10,615 nucleotides of DNA, taken from an uncultured Pseudomonadota bacterium. GTDB lineage: Bacteria; BMS3Abin14. The stretch spans positions 12,151 through 22,765 of the forward strand of contig CAYVSA010000028.1 in NCBI GenBank assembly GCA_964454175.1, in the 5' to 3' direction. Position 1 is the stretch's first letter; every line of letters starts with the position of its first letter. Below, one piece after another: positions 5,707 through 10,615 of this stretch. A model generated the notes under the pieces. It was given only the letters and a program-made list of their open reading frames with translations. It was not told where the DNA came from and did not search any database. The position numbers were made by a program, and so were the translations under genes.

Positions 5707-7964
5707 AACGTAACATCGTTATCGGCCTATCGGCCATTTTTTTCGTAGTTCTCGTAGGGGGAGGATTGGTTGCCTCCTTCATGAACACGTTCAATAACTA
5801 TTATGTCGCTTACTACCAGATGGATGGAGTCATCAGGGATATACAGGACCTCCACACCAGAACACTCATAGCGGTAGGTGAGATCGAGAGGGCCAGGTTC
5901 GATAAGGACAGGCTCCAGGACCTTCTGGACAGGGTGACCAACATAAATCTTTCTCTTTCCAGGCTTGAGCAGGAGGTCAATCCGGACCTGGTAACCAACA
6001 AGGGGTGCGGGATGTGCCATGATAACCCGGAATCCCTGGTTTCCGACCTCTCACAGGTCCTCAGCCTTTTCGAGTCCGCCTTCAACGATTTCACGATGGC
6101 TGCCAGCCTGCTCATCACCAGGGGCGAGGGAGTGAGCCCGGAGGATGTCAAAACCAACCTGCAGCATGACCTTGATCTTATCTACGACATTGTTTTTGAG
6201 CTCAACCAGGTTACGACACCCATGCTGGAGCACATCCACATCGAGATGGACAACAACATTGCAAGGATCGGCAGGTTAAACACCGTAACGGTGATAATTA
6301 CCATAATCCTTGTCCTGGGAGGGATGATCCTGACGGCAACAGCAGTTACCAAGCCGATCCGGAAGCTCACAAGGGGCACCGAGGCTGTCGTCCAGGGCGA
6401 CTACGACTTCAGGATAGATCTCCCTGGCAAGGACGAGATGAACCTGCTTGCAGAGCGGTTCAACTACATGTCCGAGGTCCTTTCGAACAGGGAAAAACGG
6501 CTGAACGAAAAGAAAGAGGAGCTGCAGGAGCTCAATGAAACTCTGGAAAAAAAGGTGCACGACAGGACTGTGGCCCTCAGGGAGAAACAGGAGGAAGTAA
6601 ACAGGAAATACCTGGAACTGGAATCCACCAACGAGGAACTGCAGGCATCTTACGTTCAGCTCCAGTCCACGGCTGCCGAGCTGGAGGAGGCTCAGTCCAG
6701 GCTTCAGGAGAATTATGACATCCTCCAGACCATGAACAAGGAGCTCAGGCGTGCCAACGACGTCAAGAACAAGTTCCTATCCATAATGTCCCATGAACTC
6801 AGGACACCCCTGACAGTCATAAACGGATATCTTTCACTGGTGCTCGAAAAAAACTACGGAAAGCCGTCAAAGTCGTTAAAAGATGTTCTGGCTGTCGTCA
6901 AGGAGCAGGGCGTAAATCAGCTCAGCCTTATCGAAGACCTTCTGGATCTCACCAGGATCGAATCGGGAGAATTCAGGCTCGACCGCCAGCCGTGTTATCC
7001 GGAAGAAATGATGAAGAAGCTCATCGAAAGTTTCAAGCCGAAGATGGACGAGAAGGACATCACGGTTACCCTGGATGTGGAGGGTGAAATCAGCCAGGTC
7101 TTCTGGGATTATCAAAAGATCCTGCAGATCTTCCAGAACCTCATGGACAACGCTCTCAAGTTCACTCCCAACGGCGGTTGGGTGGCTATCAGCATCAGGC
7201 CGAAGACCGATTTTGTAGAGTTCAGGGTCAGCGATAACGGGATAGGTATTCCGAAGGAGCAGCAGAACAGTATTTTCGACCGGTTCTACCAGGTTGACAG
7301 TTCGTCCACCAGGAAATTCGGAGGATCAGGGCTGGGGCTGTCCATTGTGAGGGAGATCGTGCTGGCCCACAACGGCAAGATCTTTGTAGACAGTGAAGAG
7401 GAAAAAGGAACGACCTTCCTCATCCTGCTGCCTCCGGGCGACCCGGCGAGTGTCACCACCCTGGGCGACGAGCACGTCGAGGACTGGAAGGAAGAGGTAT
7501 CTTCAACCAGCCTGGTTGAGGGGAGAGGCGAAAAGATCCTGGTGGTGGACGATGATGAAGCCTTCCTGAAGATGATGTCCATGATCCTCACGAAATACGG
7601 ATACGATGCCTATACAACCACGGACTCCAAAAGTGTGATAGGAGCTGTGAAGGAGAACGGGATCCAGGTCGTATTGCTCGATCTTATGATGCCTGACCTG
7701 GACGGATACGAGATCACCAGGAGGATGAAACGAGATAAGGTGACGAAAAAAATACCGGTTATCATTGTCTCCGCTTCCGGCGGCAAGGAGATCACCAGGA
7801 AAATAAAGGAAGCCGGTGGTGACGATCACATTATCAAGCCTTTTGATCACGAAGAGATCCTTAACCTCATCAGCGGCAGCCTGAAAAAGGAAAGCGGAGA
7901 TGACGGTGAAGCCGCTACAGACCCGGGGCAGCAGGATGGCGGGCAAGACGACACATCAGGTTAA
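5703..7964 (+). CDS. Membrane hybrid sensor histidine kinase: TM - periplasmic helical domain with CxxCH - TM - HAMP - long coiled coil - HisKA - HATPase_c - REC, 753 aa
   Basis: TTG start overlaps the upstream stop (TTGA). TM1 IVIGLSAIFFVVLVGGGLVA; CGMCH at 6006-6020; TM2 TVTVIITIILVLGGMILTATAV; HAMP TKPIRKL...DEMNLLAERFNYM. H-box MSHELRTPL (His at 6792-6794), N-box NLMDNALKFT, G1 DNGIGI, F-box FDRFYQVD, G2 GSGLGL. REC: KILVVDDD...LLDLMMPDLDG (Asp at 7680-7682)...KPF. Confidence 0.95.
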   Translation: MKRNIVIGLSAIFFVVLVGGGLVASFMNTFNNYYVAYYQMDGVIRDIQDLHTRTLIAVGEIERARFDKDRLQDLLDRVTNINLSLSRLEQEVNPDLVTNKGCGMCHDNPESLVSDLSQVLSLFESAFNDFTMAASLLITRGEGVSPEDVKTNLQHDLDLIYDIVFELNQVTTPMLEHIHIEMDNNIARIGRLNTVTVIITIILVLGGMILTATAVTKPIRKLTRGTEAVVQGDYDFRIDLPGKDEMNLLAERFNYMSEVLSNREKRLNEKKEELQELNETLEKKVHDRTVALREKQEEVNRKYLELESTNEELQASYVQLQSTAAELEEAQSRLQENYDILQTMNKELRRANDVKNKFLSIMSHELRTPLTVINGYLSLVLEKNYGKPSKSLKDVLAVVKEQGVNQLSLIEDLLDLTRIESGEFRLDRQPCYPEEMMKKLIESFKPKMDEKDITVTLDVEGEISQVFWDYQKILQIFQNLMDNALKFTPNGGWVAISIRPKTDFVEFRVSDNGIGIPKEQQNSIFDRFYQVDSSSTRKFGGSGLGLSIVREIVLAHNGKIFVDSEEEKGTTFLILLPPGDPASVTTLGDEHVEDWKEEVSSTSLVEGRGEKILVVDDDEAFLKMMSMILTKYGYDAYTTTDSKSVIGAVKENGIQVVLLDLMMPDLDGYEITRRMKRDKVTKKIPVIIVSASGGKEITRKIKEAGGDDHIIKPFDHEEILNLISGSLKKESGDDGEAATDPGQQDGGQDDTSG

Positions 7965-9354
7965 GTTGACCCAGGACATATTTGAGCCGTTGAAGGCTCT
8001 TTCTACACAAGCAGCCCGGGCCGCGTCACAGCTTGGGCTGTCAGTGTTTCTGGTGGGGGGGTCCGTCAGGGACCTGCTTGAAAACAGGCTTCCTTCTGAT
8101 TGGGACCTGGTAGTATTCGGGAAGGAAGAAGCCGGGGTTGACGAGCTGGCATCGGTGCTTGCCCAAACCTGGGGGGTCAGGGAACCGGTATCTTTTCCCC
8201 GATTCGGAACTTATCTGGTTCTTGGACCTTCCGGCCAGGTTGAGATCGCCCACGCAGACAGAAGGACCGGTCTGGTCCCTCAGTCAGACGACCCGCTTGT
8301 GCGTGATGCCCTGTCCAGGGATTTCACGATCAACGCACTGTACATGGATCTGGAACAGATCGGATCTGATCGCGGCAGAATAACTGTCCTGGACCCGGCC
8401 GGTAATGGACTTGCCGATCTATCCGCTGGTCTGCTCAAAACGCCTCTCAACCCGCTGGTAACACTTGGGGATGACCCACTCAGGATTCTCAGGGCGGCAA
8501 GGCTTCGGAGCACCACCGGTTATCAATTGGACCGGGCTTTCGGCTCTGCAGCACGCAGGGCAGTCAGGCACCTGACGGGGGTAGCTACGGAAAGAGTCAG
8601 GGATGAACTGGAAAAGATCATGGTGTCAGAGCGTCCCTCGCTGGGGCTGTCCTCCCTGGGGAAATGGGGGGCTTTTTCAGTGATAGCTCCTGAGATCCAT
8701 GAGATGGTTCACTTCCGCCAGCGCACCCCGCATCATTATCCCAGCCTGTTTAACCACACCCTTCGCGCAGTTGACAGAGTCCCCCCGGACCCTGTTCTCA
8801 GGTGGGCAGCCCTGACCCATGATTGCGGGAAGCCTGCTGTGAGGAGCAGGTCCGGTGAAGTGGACAGGTATTTCGGTCACGAATCAACAGGTGCTGTTAT
8901 GGCCTCTGAGCTCCTGACCAGGCTGAAGTTTGGTAAACAGTTCATAAAGGATGTTACCGATCTGGTCGGGCTTCACATGGTCCAGTACGACTCACAGTGG
9001 ACTGACAGGGCGATTCGAAGGTTCATGGTAAGAGCAGGTGACCACCTCCCCAGACTACTGGTGCTGCTGGAAGCTGATGCTTCGGCCCTTCGGCTCAGGG
9101 CTGATAAACTCAGATCTTTAAATGTCATGAAGAAAAAACTGGAGGAAATGGCCGGTACCGAACCTCCCCTTACCTCCCCCCTGGATGGCGAAAGGATCAT
9201 GGATCTTCTTAATGTTGAAGCGGGCCCGGTGGTTGGTCAAGCAAAAGATGCCCTCGTAAGGGCAGTGGTGGATGGGGACCTGAATCCGGACGCAAAAGAA
9301 TCTGAGCTTTTCCTGCTCAGATGGTTCGAAGGGCGCAGCGGTAAGCAGCTTTAA
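7900..9354 (+). CDS. Class II tRNA nucleotidyltransferase (CCA/poly(A) polymerase family) with HD domain; possibly CC-adding type
   Basis: Motif A LVGGSVRDLL...DWD, motif B variant DALSRDFTINAL, motif C DPAGNGLADL, motif D DDPLRILRAAR, motif E ERVRDELEK. HD domain HH..SLFNHT...AALTHDCGKP...GHE...HM...AD. C-terminal PLDGERIMDLLNVEAGPVVG. Start uncertain (ATG 7900, GTG 7906 or ATG 7936); all overlap the kinase 3' end. Confidence 0.9.
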   Translation: MTVKPLQTRGSRMAGKTTHQVKLTQDIFEPLKALSTQAARAASQLGLSVFLVGGSVRDLLENRLPSDWDLVVFGKEEAGVDELASVLAQTWGVREPVSFPRFGTYLVLGPSGQVEIAHADRRTGLVPQSDDPLVRDALSRDFTINALYMDLEQIGSDRGRITVLDPAGNGLADLSAGLLKTPLNPLVTLGDDPLRILRAARLRSTTGYQLDRAFGSAARRAVRHLTGVATERVRDELEKIMVSERPSLGLSSLGKWGAFSVIAPEIHEMVHFRQRTPHHYPSLFNHTLRAVDRVPPDPVLRWAALTHDCGKPAVRSRSGEVDRYFGHESTGAVMASELLTRLKFGKQFIKDVTDLVGLHMVQYDSQWTDRAIRRFMVRAGDHLPRLLVLLEADASALRLRADKLRSLNVMKKKLEEMAGTEPPLTSPLDGERIMDLLNVEAGPVVGQAKDALVRAVVDGDLNPDAKESELFLLRWFEGRSGKQL

Positions 9355-10615
9355 TTGATTCATCCAGTGTGGACGAATCGTCCAGTTCAACCTTTGAACT
9401 CTCTCCCAGTTCAACCGGGCGTACAAATGAATTCATGTGGTCTGCCAGGACCTCCACTCTCCCGTCAGATATGCCCCCTTTTTTCCTTCGCACCGCAAGG
9501 CGTTCTTTTAAAGTGTTCTCGCTTGCCGTGAGGTGCAGGACCAGCAGTCTCGCACCGGCCTCCGCGGCAGTCTTTGCCGCCGCCTCCCTGTGTGCTCTTT
9601 GAGAGAAGGTCGCATCTGCGACAACGCTGCCTCCAGCCCCCAGGGTTTTTAAGGCCTCATCGTTGATCTTTCTGTAGGTTTTTTCTGTCATGTCGGGTGA
9701 ATAGATCCCACTTTCGAAGGGAACCTCGCGGCTCTCTTCAGGATCGATCCCCACCAGTTCTTTTCTTACGCGGTCGGATGAAAAAACGGTCAGATCAAGC
9801 TTGCTCGCAAGGCCGTTTGCCACAGAGGATTTGCCGGAACCTATTAATCCGCAAGTCAGAAAATATGTTAGGGGACTGAGTGTCCTGGCGAATTTTTCGG
9901 CAAGGAGCATAAAGTCAGCGGCGTTATCCCGGGCCTGTGCGGCTTCGGATCCTGACACGGATGGATCTTTAAAACGGTAACCCTCAACCTTTCCACGGAC
10001 GACAGCTCTGTAGCATTTGTAGAAGTTGTAGAGTGCTTCGTTGCCCTCCTGTCCGGCCTCTTTCAGGTAGGCTTCCGTATATGTGGATGCCAGCTGTAGG
10101 TGTCCGAGCTTTTCAATGTCCATAGACAAAAAGGCTGCGTCGCACAGTATGTCCGAGTACCTGAAACGCTTGTTGAATTCAATGCAGTCGAATATCTGTA
10201 TTCCGTTGTCCATACATATGTGCTGGGAATGAAGATCGCCGTGCCCATCCCGTATCCAGCCGCCAGTTTCCCTTTCGTCAAACAGCCCGGCATTCACGCT
10301 CCTGAAAGTCCTGGTGTACTCTGCCAGCAAGTCAAAGGTCTGCTTTGACAGGGTCTGACTTATAAATGGTTTTATCTGGGCGAAATCCTCTTCTGTATTG
10401 ATATCTACAGCCGAGGTACCGCCAATTCGGGTGATCTCTTCTGAGGACGGGGCTGACAGGTGGAAGTGGGAGATCTTCCCTGCTATCCTTTTCATCATCA
10501 TCCCGGTCGCCTCTCCTTTTTCAAGGAGGTTTGAAAGGATGCGGTCCTCGGGAAGACGAAGCATCATGACCGCGTATTCAACAGGCTTGCCCTCGCCGCC
10601 GATTTTCAGGGTGCC
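9317..10615 (-). CDS. Bifunctional aminoglycoside-phosphotransferase-like / AAA_33 P-loop kinase fusion (COG2187+COG0645), 5' end outside window
   Basis: Frame is open from 10615 (GTLKIGGEGKPVEYAVMMLRLP...). APH-like catalytic RDGHGDLH and FDCIEFNKRFRYSD..CDAAFLSMD, YKCYRAVVRGKV. Walker A GLIGSGKS, SSDRVRK, VVADATF. TGA stop at 9317-9319, overlapping the nucleotidyltransferase 3' end by 38 bp. Confidence 0.9.
   Translation of the reverse strand, partial: GTLKIGGEGKPVEYAVMMLRLPEDRILSNLLEKGEATGMMMKRIAGKISHFHLSAPSSEEITRIGGTSAVDINTEEDFAQIKPFISQTLSKQTFDLLAEYTRTFRSVNAGLFDERETGGWIRDGHGDLHSQHICMDNGIQIFDCIEFNKRFRYSDILCDAAFLSMDIEKLGHLQLASTYTEAYLKEAGQEGNEALYNFYKCYRAVVRGKVEGYRFKDPSVSGSEAAQARDNAADFMLLAEKFARTLSPLTYFLTCGLIGSGKSSVANGLASKLDLTVFSSDRVRKELVGIDPEESREVPFESGIYSPDMTEKTYRKINDEALKTLGAGGSVVADATFSQRAHREAAAKTAAEAGARLLVLHLTASENTLKERLAVRRKKGGISDGRVEVLADHMNSFVRPVELGESSKVELDDSSTLDESIKAAYRCALRTI

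Noticed and set aside
8055-8061. G7 run (and A8 at 5245-5252) as slippage or frameshift sites
   Set aside because: Both are in frame within intact coding sequence (VGGS motif A; LKKN); no frame disruption.
8168-8178. CCTGGGGGGTC, reverse complement of 1985-1995
   Set aside because: An 11-nt low-complexity match inside a coding region is expected by chance in 10 kb.
9317-10615. Aminoglycoside resistance gene
   Set aside because: The APH-like fold is fused to AAA_33 in the widespread COG2187+COG0645 family, which is not a demonstrated resistance determinant.
1-10615. CRISPR array, tRNA/rRNA, transposase, integrase, defence system
   Set aside because: No spaced direct repeats, RNA-gene motifs or recombinase/nuclease ORFs were seen. 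The NTase is a class II tRNA-type enzyme, not CD-NTase/cGAS-like. The remaining short track ORFs are shadows of the main genes.

Overview
Bacterial chromosomal window (gene content suggests an anaerobic, c-type-cytochrome-making Gram-negative such as a deltaproteobacterial-like lineage; this is inference). Left (1-3665, apparently lower GC): the 3' end of a hypothetical gene, a terminator-like hairpin, and two tandem large lipoproteins (one Ig/CarboxypepD_reg/Fn3-like, one Ig + right-handed beta-helix). Between the lipoproteins lie a GGGGTC/GACCCC REP-like palindrome and a good sigma70 promoter. Middle (3675-9354, + strand, tightly coupled or overlapping): a DUF362/2x[4Fe-4S] protein, an orphan PhnD-family periplasmic binding protein with no ABC permease or ATPase, a hybrid sensor histidine kinase with a periplasmic CxxCH heme-c motif and a very long coiled-coil, and a class II tRNA nucleotidyltransferase with HD domain that has hallmarks of a CC-adding rather than CCA-adding enzyme. 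Right: a convergent, 5'-truncated APH-like/AAA_33 (COG2187+COG0645) fusion gene. The best candidate for a little-described system is the binding protein + heme-c hybrid kinase + Fe-S protein module (putative oxyanion/redox three-component sensor). No rRNA, tRNA, CRISPR or transposase was seen.
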